DNA from: Callorhinchus milii
Lineage: Eukaryota
Assembly (NCBI RefSeq): GCF_018977255.1
Contig: NW_024704745.1
Span: forward strand, 45,322,001-45,386,000
Reading direction: 5' to 3'
DNA length: 64,000 bases
The notes under the pieces were generated by a model that was not told the origin of the DNA, did not search any database, and worked only from the letters and a program-made list of their open reading frames with translations. Of the stretch, positions 24,421 through 37,939 are shown one piece after another; positions within the stretch are counted from its first letter, which is position 1, and the number at the start of each line of letters is the position of its first letter. The position numbers and the translations under genes are program-made.

Positions 24421-25903
24421 ATTTCAAGGAGACTCCACCTACACCCCCCACCCCCACCCCCACCCCCACCCTACCAGCAAGACCTCCAAATGCATCCCAT
24501 CACTGTTACACTTCTATACTGTGCCATTGCAGTGGCAGTTCACAGAATACCAGCTTAACTCTCTTTTATTGAATAAAACCAATATCCCACTTAGTGTCAC
24601 TTGGATTACAATTACAATTCATGATCCAGAAATTCCATGGTCGCCTCAGACCACCTTCAGGTCCAACCGTTGTGATGGTTGCAAATTGGAGGTGGAGGGG
24701 GCACACCCATGATCAGTCTTATCATGATTTTGTTGTTAAAAATCAACGCATCACATTTTACTGTTAATAATCAACACATCACATATTACAATTTTCACCC
24801 TTGTGTTTTGCTTGCCATGGGCAATGTGTAAAATTTACATTTTAGGCAGTGTTCCTCAGAGCCAAGTAGAGAAATAAATTGGTAATGAGGACACGAGCAG
24901 TCAATGCTGGAAGTCCTGTCCCCAACTGTGATACCAATATCGATTTCCTTCCTAATAAGCAGTCATTTAATGAGGAATCATTCTGTCTGTTTCAGTTGGT
25001 GATCCAGTCGTTCACTTATTCTATTCTCTCCCAACATCTGTCTTCTATTGCACATAACGGCCCACGTGTCTAGATCATTTTTCAAGGTTTTGCACAACTG
25101 GTTACAAAATAACAATGCCTGGAGCTGAGTCGAGATACCAAGATGCATTGTTATCCTGCAGTTAACTGAACGACAACTGAACACTCATGCCTTCTTTTAT
25201 TTATTGTTCGCTCAGGGCTGTGAATGTTATGGGCTAGTTTGTGCATATTAAGGAACACATTTAATTTGATGAATGTCTGACTGGAAACCAGGGAATGCTG
25301 TGCCATATGGATTTTCCAGGACAGAAATATACGTGAAGGAGAGGAAATAAAATCCCAAAACACTATTGTTATTTAATACTATGAAAATGAACTTTGATTT
25401 GAAGTATTCATGAGACAGTGATGTGGTTGAGAAGAACAAAGTGTAAGTAAAGTTTTTTTTTAAATTGTATTGTTAGTTGCTTTCCCATCTTCTCCCACAC
25501 ACTACAGTCAAATTCACCTGGTAGCACAGGCCAAAAAGCCCACACTTCCTACAAGCTTCTTCACCACACCGATTCTCCTATTGAATGTTATACTTGTTGG
25601 AGCAAGTTTACCAGTAATTCCTTCCCTCTCCTTAGCTAGGCATGCCGGAAGCTTAATATAAGATAACCAAAAGTTTGTGATACCTACCCTATTATCTAAA
25701 CAAAAATCATAACTTATTTAAGACTTAGTAGACATTGTAATGGTATCACAACTTTTTGGTCACCCTTTATAAACAATGTTTGTATGAATGAGGATCTTTG
25801 TTGGTCATGAAGTAGACTTATTACATCCATCTGGGCAGGATTCAACTTTGAGCTCTTCAGGAATCCCGCAAATTAACATCTATCTATTGGGTTGAGGGGA
25901 AGG

Positions 25904-25959
25904 CTTGGGATGTCCTCCCAACATGAAAGGCACTATACAAATGTAATTTATTGTTGTTG
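25904..25959 (+). mobile_element. L2 3' hairpin-plus-tail fragment
   Basis: CTTGGGATGTCCTCCCAACATGAAAGGCACTATACAAATGTAATT..(TTG)n. Confidence 0.8.
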
Positions 25960-26264
25960 AGACATTGCCACATATCATTATTTATAGTTTGCTTCCTCTG
26001 CAATTTCTGAAAATCTGATAATTATCACTGATGATGATTACCACTAGAAATCATTACATCTCATGTTGCATTTTCCTCTCCTACCTCTACTAAATTAGCT
26101 AGCACTGTATTCTATTTTAGTTTTATACTAAGTATGTGTATTTGATTGTTGCTTGAAATGCTTCCAGTACTCATGATCCACAAATCCCAGGCATACCTTG
26201 TCATGAAATTACGTTTTATTAAGCAACATTTCAATCAGTGATTTCTCTATCTGTGTTGACCTGT

Positions 26265-27390
26265 ATAATAATAATAACAATAATAACAATAACAACAACA
26301 ATAATAATAACAATAAATAATAATTACAGTTCTTGCATTTGAAATACACCCTTTAACATCAGGAGGATGCCTTTCAAAGTGCCTTTTTAATGTAAAGTGC
26401 AGTGACTGTATTATTTAGTCACTTGCCAGCCAATTTGCGCACAACAATGTCCCACAAACAGTAGGAAGCGAAGGACCAATTTGCTTTTATTTGGGGGGCT
26501 GTTAGCCTCCTTCTCTTTTCAAATATTGCCATGAAATCTTTCACATCCATCTGAACAGGCAGGCATGACCTTGCTTTACTGTCTCATTGAAAGGAAGGCA
26601 TCTCCGACAGTGCAATGATTGTTGGCATAGACCAGGCCAATTGTTTTGGTTCGAGGGCCAAATAAATTGTACTTGCTTGCTATGGGGGTTACACATAAAT
26701 ATTGCTACTCAGTAGCTACTAGAAACAAAATATAGTGTGATGTTCATCAAAAACCTGTAGATCTGTTAAAAAAACAGTAGACTTTTAGCTGAGCCTGTCA
26801 CTGCCTTTGGACACAAAGTGACAGGTTTCAGAACTTTCCGACTTATTTCCTTGAGCACTACGGTACAAAATGAAGTACCTCAGCGGTGGGTGAACGTTTT
26901 CTTGATGGGGAGAGAAATCTTAATAGCTAAGGACCTTTAATGTGCAGCTTCAAAGCTTCAACAGCTGTAAATTGTACCTATTAGACCAATGGACCTTTAA
27001 TGTGCAGCTTAAATCAGTGCAATTTGAGACTCCAGAACCACGATTTAAATGAAAGCACACAATTCGCATTTTTATTCAAATTGCAGTTCAGCTGTGCCAC
27101 GCGCATGCTCTCTCACCTCTTCTGAAAAATCACTGGTGCAATTTCTGCCCCATAGCCTCATAGACAGGCCTAAAAACCTGCAGTCAAATGGGGAAACCCG
27201 TAGTTGGCAGGTATGCAATATGTTCATTAGGCTATATTTTGAAGCTCCAAGGGCCAAAAGTGGGTTCAACAAATTGGGTTGCCCACCACCAGCATAGACT
27301 CTATGAATTCAAAGTCCTTACGTGGAGCTTGGACCCAAAAACATCCTGCTGAGGCGAGAATGCTTCCCCCTGAACCAGGCTGATGCCTAA
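26265..27390 (-). mobile_element. Old tRNA-Deu SINE (SacSINE1-like) interrupted by a hAT MITE
   Basis: (AAT/AAC)n tail at about 26265-26325, Deu body to about 26630, and the head resumes at 27300-27390 (TTGGACCCA..GAGGCGAGAATGCT..CTGAACCAGGCTGA). Confidence 0.75.
26633..27291. mobile_element. hAT-type non-autonomous DNA transposon
   Basis: Exact 8-bp TSD GCATAGAC (26625-26632 and 27292-27299); degenerate termini CAGG..CCAA and GTTGCCCACCACCA; subterminal AGGGCCAAA at both ends; internal 20-bp direct repeat at 26931 and 26991. Confidence 0.75.
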
Positions 27391-28120
27391 ATAAAAGAGA
27401 CTTAGTATTAGGTTATTTATGCATGATTTTCATTCTCCCAATTTCCCTCTCTCTCTCCCAACTTATTTCACACCGTAAGTCTTTAGATCATCTCAGCTAC
27501 TTCAGCAATGAAAGCATTTCCCTGGAACAAGATTTCCTTAAAGCTTTCATGGTTCCTTTTTATTTTGGAAAATGAAGCAATTTGGCCTCAGCTGATGTCA
27601 TTGATTTCAAAAGAATGGAATGTTTGTTATAGATTGACTGTACATTGAATGAACACAGCTACAAAACTGAACATGATAAAATAAATACCCATGTAACTGC
27701 ATGCAAAGCAGTTCAGCTGATGAATTTCTTTGGCTAAACGGCATTTGAAATACAAGATTGAATAAGAATGTCTTAATGTTATGGAATGCAGAGGGGGTTT
27801 GTGTATAGGACATTTGGAGGTGGATGGATATTCTGGAGGTTTATTTTTTCCATTATTTTTAGGTTCACAAAGTATTTAAAAGTTACTTCTCCAAAAGAGG
27901 AGAAAGTATGTGGACACTGTGTGATCTGTGGATAAAATAGGCTTGATAACCTGGATGGCCTATTCTTGTTGTTTGCTTTAAGTTCTTATGTGAGGATCAC
28001 TTAAATTGCATAAATGTTTCTCTTTTTTTTCATGGACTTTTATTGCAGGTTTTAGGTTTTGGTAATGCTGGTAAGAAGAAACTGTGTTGCCTTTCTTTTC
28101 CCATCTTGGTTGACTTAATA

Positions 28121-28548
28121 GAGTTCCAAAGCTCAGTGGTTAGAGCACTCGCCTTACAAGCAAGAGACCTGGGTTTGATTCCCAGAAGGGCGAAATGTTG
28201 GGCAAGTTTATTTTCTCCACACACCTCTGTTTACCAAGCAGTAAGTAGGAGCCCGGTTGTTAGTCGACTGGCAGATCGCTTTTCCAGGGGTAATAATTCC
28301 TTCAAAAAATATTGGTAACTTCAGTCCATGACTGTTTGTGGGACATTGCTGTGTGCATTGGCTGCCAGGTTTCGGCCACAAAATATAAACTCAATTCACT
28401 TCAAATATATTCTGTGAAGCTCTTTGAGATGTCTCGAAGACGTGATAACAACAACAAACAACAACAACAAAATTACATTTGTATAGCGCCTTTCATGTCG
28501 GGAGGATGTCCCAAGGTGCTGGATAAGGCACTATATCAAATGCAGGTA
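28121..28548 (+). mobile_element. tRNA-CORE-Deu SINE, long form, with nested tail insertion
   Basis: Head, complete CORE-like segment, Deu segment and TCGAA-loop tail; the tail is interrupted at 28449-28521. Confidence 0.9.
28449..28521 (-). mobile_element. L2 hairpin-plus-tail micro-insertion
   Basis: Reverse complement of CAGCACCTTGGGACATCCTCCCGACATGAAAGGCGCTATAC..(TTG)n, flanked by the direct repeat GATAA (28444-28448 and 28522-28526). Confidence 0.9.
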
Positions 28549-28657
28549 ATATTAGTAGAATGCTGGTTTGAGACCAACTTCTTTCCCAGAAGCATGTAAA
28601 ACTTTGTTTTGTGGATGCAAGGGCAGTATCTGGTTGTCAGATATCTTACAATAATAT

Positions 28658-28755
28658 AATAATAATCATTGCATTTGGTATAGCGCCTAATCATGTCATT
28701 GAGAAGTCTCAAAGCGCTTCACAGAATATACTGTAAAGTAAATTGACTGTATATC
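28658..28755 (-). mobile_element. SINE 3' tail fragment
   Basis: (AAT)n..GCATTTGGTATAGCGCC..CTCAAAGCGCTTCACAGAATATACTGTAAAGT. Confidence 0.8.
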
Positions 28756-29984
28756 TTAATGTTTTCTGGCCCCCATTAACCTTATAATGGTAGTTTTTTT
28801 GTGGATATTCTGAAAGTATGAGATCAAATGAGCCCAAGGGCCTTCTGCATCCAAACAAATACATTTAAAAAAATTGGTCATTCATTTCATGGCTGTTCAT
28901 GGGATATTGCTGTGAGCAAATTGGCTGTCGCGTTCACGCACAAAACATACGGTCACTGCACTTTTCAGTGTATCATATGAAGCACTTTGGCACGTCTCCC
29001 AATGTGAAGGTGCCATATACATCAGGATTATTATTTATAAAAATATTCTTGTGGTCTTGTGAATTACGTTACACAGAGGACAATCAACAGTGGCAAATGG
29101 TTACAAGGACACTACCATAACACGTAAGAAAATAGGATGGGTATTCCGGAAGGATGAAATCGAATTAGCCACAGGGTTTCACTTGCACCTTTAGTGAATT
29201 TGTTGTTAGCTCCAGAAAAGAACAAGTATGCAGCGCAACCAGCAACAATATATTTCTAAATGGGATGGCGACAGTGGGCTGCCATAACTATTTGACTAAT
29301 AAGCTCAACGTAAGGATAAAATTGTGATGCACGATGAGTTTATAATCACCAGTGCACTGGTCATAAATGTTATTGTCAATCAATAAAGACTACTCTGTCA
29401 GTTAGCATTCCCTTCACCCACCACAAGCTCCAGTTAGACCTAAAGTGTCCATGGTTGCAATTGCACTTTCAGCAAATTGCTGCAATTGTTTGAGAAATAT
29501 TGGTTTAATAGAATGTTACAATAACATTCAGATTTAATCCCATAATCCACAATTGTCCCACTGTGCTTGATGGCTACAATATTGATTACCATAAACTGTT
29601 GGAATGGGTTTGTTCTGCTCTTTTTCAATGAGTTTCTTGAAAGAATAAATATTTTTCTTTACTGCAGAGACTGTGGGTATTGCGATAATATAATTGCATA
29701 ACCAATCACATCAATGGGTGTCTCATTCCACAAACTGGTGATAAAATGATAGTCATTTCACTTATCTTTCTTGAGTACAAATCAATACTGATGCTCAGTT
29801 TTAATATGGCAGATATTATTGTAATTCTCCATTACTTTAAGCCAATATTGCACTTTAATGAGAAATCATGTATTCTGCTCTGAAAAATAATCCATTGGAA
29901 AGGAGTTCAATGTTGCAGAATTATCACCATTAAAAGAATGGATGTAGGCTTTATCAGTTCTACATTAAAATGGAGAAAGAGAAA

Positions 29985-30626
29985 AGAAGGGCAGGATGGT
30001 AGAGGCTTAGGAGGTCGCAGAGGTAGGGAGGAGTAAGGCCATGGAGGGCTTTGAAAGTAAGGAACAAGATCTTGAACTGTATCCTCTGTGTGATGGAAAG
30101 CTAGTGGAGTCGGGCGAGGATGGGGGTGATAAGGTCGCGGTGACCAGTGCAGGAGAGGACACAGGTTGTAGAGTTCTGAATGATCTGCAGCCTATGGAGG
30201 GAGGAGTTGGGGAGGACGACAAGCTTGGAGTTTGCATAGACGAGCCTGGATGTTATGAATGCGTGTATGGGTCTATCGGTGGACTGCAGCGTGAAACAGT
30301 GGCGGAGCCGAGCAATGTTGCAGGGTGGGGAAAGGCAGAGCAGGTCATGGCACTGCTGTGGGGTAGAAAGGACAGTTGAGAGTCGAACAAGACACTGAGG
30401 TTCCGTATTGGCTCCCTGAAATGTAGAGTGCATCCATGGAAGGAAATGCTGTCAGCACCTGGGGTGTGGAGGCACTGATGGGAGCCAATCAGGAGGGTCT
30501 TGTAGACATTCATCTGCAGGAAGTTTAGCTCTCATCAAAGACTTGATGTCCAACAGGCACCTGTGAGGTCAGCAATGGTGCCTGAATCGAGGGAGGAGGC
30601 AGAGAGGAAGAGTTGGACATCATCTC
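29985..30626 (-). mobile_element. L2 ORF2 fragment
   Basis: ORFs read IHAFITSRLVYANSKL..LQIIQN..ITPILARLH and IRNLSVLFDSQLSF. Confidence 0.9.
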
Positions 30627-30710
30627 CTGGGGGAGTTGGAAGAGAAGCCATTAGTGGCGACAAAGTGGAGACGGTGGGAGAGGGTTAGGGTTAGAGTTGG
30701 AGATTGGGCA

Positions 30711-32100
30711 TCAACAACTTGTACATATATAGTGCCCTCCACGCAGGGTAGAGTCTCAGAGTGCTTAAGAGTAGTGGAGCCTGGCTCCGAGCTGGGGGAA
30801 AGTGGCCATAAGCACGGTCAAAGAGGAAAGTTTTCAGGTGGGATTTGAAAGAAGGGAGAGAGTGTGCAAGGAAGAGTGTTCCAGAGTTTTGGGGCATAGT
30901 GGCTGAAAGCACAATCTCCGATGGTGGGGCGGAGGGTGCGAGGGATGAGCAGGAGGTCGGTGCCACTTGAGCAGAAGCGCCGGGTGGTGGATTGGGGAGT
31001 GAGGATGTCAGAGAGGTAGGAAGGTACCAGGGAACGAATGGTTTGTTCAAGAGTGTGAGGATCTTGAAGTCGATCCATTCGGTGATGGGGAGCCAGTGGA
31101 GCCTGGCCAGAACTGGTGAGATGTGGGTACGGAGTTTGGTCTGGGTCAGTATGCAAGCAGCAGAGTTTTGAATGAGCTGGATCTTTTAAATGGACCAGCT
31201 GGGGAGACCGGTGAGGTGTGTGTTGGAGTATTCTAAGAGGGAGGTGAATAACGCATGCGCAAGGGTTTCGGCTGCATTTGGGGTAAGGTAGAGTCGGAGG
31301 TGGCTAATGTGGAGGAGGTGGAAGAAAGTGGTCCTGGTCGGGGACCAGATGTGGGGGAGGAAGGACAGCTGGGGGTCGAACCAGATACATAGGTTACGCA
31401 CTGGTTCGGTGAATCTGAGGGAAAGCCCAGAGACGTTGAGGAGTTCAGATCCGCAGGAGTGAAGATATTGACAGCAGCCAAGGAGTGTGGCTTCCATCTT
31501 GTCCATATTCAGCTTTGGGAAGTTTACACTCAACCAGGCCTTGATATCTGCCAGACAAGCTGATAGAATATTGGCAGACCTGGAGTTGGTACTGGAGAAT
31601 GCAAATTTGTGTGTCATCCACATCCATGTGGAAGTTTTCCCCATGTCTGCAGATGTCAATTGTCCAAAGGGAGCATATAGATAAGGAAAGGAAGAGGGCC
31701 AAGAATGGAGTCCTGGGGTACCCCACAGGTGACCGGTTGGGGGCGGGAGGAGAAACCATTTGCTGAGATGAAATGGAGGTTGTTGGTTAAGTAGGACTCA
31801 AACCATCTGAGTGCGGTCCCACTAAGGTAGATGAGGGAGGAGATTCGATGGAGGAGGATGGAGATGTCGACTGTGGAATGCGACAGAGAGATCCAGGAGG
31901 ATGAGGAGGCAGAGGGAGTCCTGGTCACAGATAGAGAGAATGTCATTTGTGACTTTGACAAGCGCTGTCTCTGTGCTGTGGGCAGGGCGAAAACCAGACT
32001 GCAGGGGCTCGAGGAGTGAGTGGAGGCCGAGGTTTGACCGAAGTTGACAATGCAACAATGCATTCCAGGACTTTGGCAAGGAAGAGTAGGTTGAAGATGG
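30711..32100 (-). mobile_element. L2 LINE 3' portion (family B tail)
   Basis: ORFs read QSGFRPAHSTETALVKVTND..LLDLS, GVPQDSILGP and WLSVNFPKLNMDKME..; distinct 3' hairpin AGCACTCTGAGACTCTACCCTGCGTGGAGGGCACT followed by (TTG)n. Confidence 0.95.
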
Positions 32101-32765
32101 CACAGTAGGATTCAAACCAGGCAAGGGCAGGTCTGTGAAGATTGAGCTGAGAGGAGAGGTAGGAGGATAGAATAGTTGACAGTGTTGAAGGCAGCAAGTA
32201 GGTTGAGGAGGACAAGGAGGCAGAGAGAGCCCTGGTTGCAGAATGTCGTTAGTGACTTTGACCAGGGCTGAAATCCAATTGGAGTTGTTCAGAGAGGGAG
32301 GGAATGGCGGAAGGGTAAAGAGCGAAGCTGGAACGCAATGACTCGCTCCAGGGCCTTGGAAAGGAATGGGAGGTTGGAGATCGGGCAAAAGCTGGAGACT
32401 GGGGATGGGTCCAGGGACGGTTTTTTGAGGATGGGGTTGATGACAGCTGTTTTTAGGTGGGATGGCAACAGTGCTAGTGGATAAGGAAAGGTTGATACTG
32501 TTGGTTAAAAGAGGGGCCAGGAGGTGGAACTGGGAGGTGAGGAGAGAGTTGGGGATGGGGTCGAGTGATCACATGGTGGGGCTTCATTTTTGGAATGATG
32601 GAGGTTAGGGAAGAGGGGGAGACAGGTTCGAAGATGTATAGGGAGGGATGGTTGGGGGCTGGGGCATGATGGGAAGGTGGCAAGGGGTAGCGGTGGACGA
32701 GAGAGAATTAGCCAAATGAATCCCCTCAAGTTTGGATTTGAGGAAGTCCAACATCTCCTCACAGT
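32101..32765 (-). mobile_element. Additional rearranged L2 RT fragments
   Basis: LAWFESY, ALVKVTNDIL and PISNLPFLSKALE-like pieces with internal deletions. Confidence 0.75.
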
Positions 32766-32989
32766 TGGAATTGGAGGAGAGGATGGGCGAGGCATGGGAA
32801 GGTGGACAGAGGAGATGTTTAATGGTGGAGAAGAGGAGCCTGGGATTGTCTTTCCAATGTGCATTGTATTTCCAACCTGCCTCAAAGAGGTTGTGTATAA
32901 GAAAAAAGAAAGCATCATTGTGGAACTGTGAATGATCTTAGCTTAGTCATTTTCTCTAAATATTCATGCTTAAGGGCGCTAAGACCCTC

Positions 32990-33556
32990 ATTCTAGATAT
33001 TCATCGCATCCAGGCTCGACTGCGCTAATTGACTGCTTGTTGGTCTTCCCAACTCTCTTCCCTCCACTAGCTGCAGATCATTTAGAACTCTGCAGCTCAT
33101 CCTTTCTTCTTCCAAGCTCCATGAATCTATAACCCACACCCTTGCCTGGCTCCACTGGCTTCCCATCCCCCTGAAAATAGAGTTCAAAATCCTCATCCTT
33201 GCCTTCAGACCCCTCCATGGCCTTGTTCCTCCCTACCTCTGTGATTTGCTAACTTCATAGAGACCTGTCCACTTCCACCGTGCAGTGAACTCAGACCTCT
33301 CCATGTTCCCTGCCCATCCCACTCCACCATCGGCCTTCAGCCCCACCCTTGGGAACTCCATGCCACAATCCATTTGCCTCGCCCTCCCTCCCCTGTCTTC
33401 TTCAAGGCCTATCTCAAGACCCTTCTCTTCAACTGGGCCTTAGGTCACCCTTCTACCCTTATTCTCCCTGCCCTCCACCCCTCCTGATCCCTACCTCAGC
33501 TCGTGTCCAAATCCTGACTGTCCAATACCTATACAAATGTCATTTTTTGTTGTTAT
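32990..33556 (+). mobile_element. L2 3' fragment
   Basis: SRLD, LQII.N, LHWLPI...EFKIL and FKAYLKTLLF motifs, then a TTGTTG tail. Confidence 0.85.
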
Positions 33557-34626
33557 TGATAAACTATATTCCAACAAAACCATTTGCAGTGCTTCAATAT
33601 GGAACATTTTTTCTTTCCTTTTACTATCCCCTTCCAACTACAGCAAATCAATCAAAGAAAAGAGAACAAATACAATCTGTTGGTTTAATCCATGCTGCCA
33701 AATGTCTATTATCTGCTCACTGCTGTAACTCTCTGTCGAAAGCTGAGGCCACCTGATTGTAATTGTGTGGGCAGGTTGGTTTCTCTGCTTGCTTTCCCAC
33801 TACCGGCTGTTGCTGCATTCAGCATGGTCTGCAATGTCTTATCCGTTCCAGACTTCTTTTGCTATTTTCTTTTCATTCCATCCCTACTAACTAACCAGTG
33901 GGGTCGTCCAGCCCAGAAACCATTTGTCCATGCAATACCAACTGTGACCTGATATATAACAATAAAAAAACACAAAATTAGAGCAAAAATACCTGGCAAT
34001 GTCAAACTAGTTCTCCATTTGTACATTCCCCATGCCAGTTTTGCTGTTCCTCTTCCTCCATCTGTTAATGTATGGATCCTTTCCCCCTCTACAAGTATTA
34101 CATTCCAAAAGTTCCAGTCAGTCTCAATACCTCGCAGAAGAGGCTGCTTCTCACGGTGAATGTTGGTAGATTATTTATGGGGACATTGTAGCTTACTCCA
34201 ATCCTGTTTGTGCACTTTGAATAATGGTTACAATAATAGAGAGGAGCAAAAGGAGGAACCCTGGCTGAATTTCACCTCCCTAATAATCTGTGGTGATGTA
34301 GCAATTATAGCACCTCATCTGCTGTCCTGTCAGATGTCAGTTGATTTCAGATTGAGTGAAACCTGTGATTTATACAATTTAAATAAAATGATCTTCCCCC
34401 TGGATTAGCACACTTAACTATCAGAAGAGCATTGTCTACATATTTTAAACCAATCCCTTTATTGTAGCACTTACACATCTTTGTGTGGGTCCAACCTGTA
34501 ACATTTTAATCTTAAAGAAAAACAAATAACAAGTGTGAGAACCAGGATTTAGGTTTCTGTAAGCCTAAGTGCATTTAAATATTGTTGGATCATCTAAGTA
34601 GGCACAGTCAGAAAATGTGGTCAAAA

Positions 34627-34946
34627 TAATAATAGTAATAATAATCCTTGCATTTGATATAGCGCTTTTCACGTCTTCTAGATGTCCCAAAGCGCTTCAT
34701 AGAATATACTGTAAAGTGAATTGACTTTACATTTGTGGGCGAACGCGGCAGCCAATTGCGCACAGCAATGTCCCACAAACAGCCGTAGATTGAAAATGAC
34801 CAATTTATTATTGTTTTTTGTTTTGGAGGGATTATTATTAGGCGTGTGGAGTAAGGAAACTTGCCCAAGGTTTCGCCCTGCCTGGAATTGAACTCAGGTC
34901 TCTCGCTTGCAAAGCGAGTGCTCTAACCACTGAGCTACAGGACTCC
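34627..34946 (-). mobile_element. Young tRNA-CORE-Deu SINE, short form, TAGAA-loop tail
   Basis: Full reverse-complement copy; CAAAA at both ends as a probable TSD. Confidence 0.97.
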
Positions 34947-35850
34947 AAAAGATTGATGTGCCATCAGACAGGGAATTAAAACCTTTTTAATCAGAGATTT
35001 GAACCATTTTCAGTCCAGTGGTCATGGGCAGGAGGAGCTACACTCTGTGTTGTGGACTCTGAATGTTAGATTTAAAGTGCAGCAGGTGGTCTAGGGAATT
35101 ATTGTTGTTGGGCCTCACAGGAGGGATTTTGAAATGTAGGTAATTTTAGATAATTGAGGTGGGGAAAAAGTTTAAAAGCTCTTGTGATTCAGAGCAAAAT
35201 GGACTTGAATCAATTTCAACTGCACTAACCTTTAATTAAATTGCATTACTTAGTTTCCCCGGATTAAAGAAAATGAGGTGGTGGTTAGATCCAATGGTGA
35301 ATTGTAAGAGCCTTTTACTGTTATTGGTATCATAATGTTAATAACTTTTGGTTATTATTATGTAATGCATTTCACACCTGGAGATTCCATCAAGATGTTG
35401 CTCTTAAGATGTCTCAAAGTGCTGATTTTTTTGCTATATAATGTAGTGACTGTGTAATTCCTAGGTAAATATGCAAACAGTTTGCCAATTCTTGATCGCT
35501 GAACGCAGACTCATCAACTTCTGCCTTGTGTAGATGTCTGTTGAGGACAGGATCAGGCTTGTTTGATGGTTCTTTTGGTTGAATAGTTATCTGACAGTCA
35601 TTATCTGAAGTGCACAGAGGAGATATTTTCTTTTGACACCATTTGTGTACCAAAGTGTTCGACAGTACAGTTACGTTTTCGGTAGTGGATGCAAATTGCT
35701 GGGCAGCCAACATTTTGTACTACATGTAATTTGGTGAATTGGGTACTTGGATAATTGAATCATTGCATGGTGTAGCAGTAACTTGGAATGGGACAATTGT
35801 TCCCGGGGCTGTAGACAATAATTTTGCTGTGTTAGTGTCAAGTGACAATT

Positions 35851-35914
35851 ACAACAACAACAAGATTCCATTTATGGAGCGCCTTTCACGTCGGGAGGAC
35901 GTCCTAAGGTGCTG
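35851..35914 (-). mobile_element. L2 hairpin-plus-tail micro-insertion
   Basis: Reverse complement of CAGCACCTTAGGACGTCCTCCCGACGTGAAAGGCGCTCCATAAATGGAATC(TTG)n. Confidence 0.9.
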
Positions 35915-37474
35915 ATTGTATTGCAGTAGATTATCTTCAGGTTTAAAACTTGGTCCATATAACTGGTCCATTTTATGTGTGACTTCAGTGAAATTATGTC
36001 ATTTCTTCATGTGTACAATGAATAGTGGACCCTGGACCGCTGTTGCACACTGAAAAAATGTATGCAAGCATGCATGCACACATGAGTACGCATGCTGCAC
36101 AGATGCGGGTATAAATTCTATTGTGCAATAAACTGAGATTAGTGAACCAAATTCCTCAATTCTATAAAACCGGGCAGTTGTGGATTACCTTGGGTAAATG
36201 TGCACATCCCTATAATAACGCCTGGTGCCTACTGATAAACAGACATTTTTTTTATTTGCATTATTTAATTCTATTTGTAAAATCTATTGTATTGCCCTTG
36301 AATTTTTTTTTAATGATGCCCTTAATCTCCTTGATTAAATCGGACAAAAACATGCACTTTGACCTAGAAGTTTAGAAAACAATGTTAACACTCCATCTTT
36401 TGCCAATTCCAAAACTGTTTATTCAAATTTGCAATGAGATATCCCAAATATATTCCTGGCTGTTGAAATTCTTGATCCTAACTTGCAATTTTTATACAGT
36501 GCACTTCAATCATTTAGTTCCTTCCATTGCTGGTATTAATGTCATTTGAAGCGAGGTAGGAGACATAATCTTCTCTGAGACTCATTTCCATTTTGATTAC
36601 CTTTGAAGCTATATTCAAACAGTGTAGAGATTTGTTGGACTGAAATGTGTGCGTAGGGTCAATGTTCTGTATTTTTTTTGTAAAATCAAACTTATAGGAA
36701 CTATACATTATAGAAAGTGGCAGCTTTACTCTCTATAATTTTTATCAAAGCCAAAAAGAACCCTCAGAACTATTTATTTGTCAAAGCTGCAGTAAGAGGA
36801 AATAACATTGTCCAGAGCTATAATTTGAAATGAATTGTTTTTCTTGACTTAATACAGTTAAATTTCAAAAACTATAAATAAATACTAAGACAATCAATAC
36901 ATATTAACTATAATTAGCTTTCGGACTAAGATTAGCTGACTGACTAAAGATAGAAACATAGGAGGGAGTAATTTACTCCACCATTGTATTAGTTTTTAGG
37001 GCACCTACTTTTTTTGAATCCCATTTACCTGCATTTTGTCTATACCTCTTAACAGACTTGCAAAGGTTAATTTGCATGCAACTGTATTTTACATCATAGG
37101 CATTTCATTTATTCCTCAGCCATCTCTTGGCCCTTCCAATCAGTTAGCCATCTTATGATTGTGATTCTCAGTCAGTCACATTCATAGCACAATACATTCA
37201 TCATTCTACTCGGACTCTCTTATCTGTCAGTGGCACTATTGTCAGTTTCTCCTGAACAACATTAACCTCGCTGTCAGTCTTTGTTAGTCAGAACCTCATA
37301 TACCGATGATTGTACTGTGAGTCTTAACCAAATGCTCTTCTCTTGGAATGAAGTACAACTGGTGATTTGAATTAATTGTTCCAGTTACCTTTATTGGTAA
37401 CTTGTTCCAGTCATTGATTATCTTTTGTTAAAGAAAAACTTCCTGGCATCTGACTTGAAATGGTCCTCTTGTTC

Positions 37475-37740
37475 TAGTGTCTTGTTTGACCCTCAGCTAT
37501 CCTTTCTACCCCACATCCATGCCATGTCCTACTCTGCCTTCCCCCATCTCCGCAACATCGCCCGGCTCCACCACTGTCTCAACCACAGGCTGCCGAGATT
37601 CTCATACCCGCATTCATAGCATCCGGGCTCAACTATGCAGACTCCCTGCTTGATGGCCTCCCCAACTCCTCCCTCCATAGGCTGCAGATCATCCAGAACT
37701 CTGCATCTTGTATTCTTTCCTGCATCAGGTTCCACGACAT
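37475..37740 (+). mobile_element. L2 ORF2 fragment
   Basis: VLFDPQLSFLPHI..HLRNIARL..LQIIQN motifs. Confidence 0.85.
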
Positions 37741-37939
37741 GTAGTGATTAGTGAGCTGCGAGCAATGATTGCACAAATTAAAGCTCTTAGGTCAGATTAC
37801 ATCAACTAAATTATGCTTTATGAGAAATTGTGAGAAATGCAGTTTGACTCCATTAATCTCTCTGATTGCCCACTCTGGGTAACCAAGTCAGTGTTCTAAC
37901 CTTGGCATTTCGGTTGATCCTTAGCTTGTTTTGGAATAT

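Noticed and set aside
26931-27010. CRISPR-like repeat-spacer-repeat (20-bp repeats, 40-bp spacer)
   Set aside because: Only two units, located inside a hAT MITE in vertebrate DNA, with no cas genes.
33896-33948. Candidate minus-strand exon after a strong pyrimidine tract and AG
   Set aside because: No reading frame gives a protein I recognise; it cannot be supported without RNA-seq or homology.
35414-35713. 99-aa minus-strand ORF
   Set aside because: No recognisable homology; the length is within chance expectation for 64 kb.
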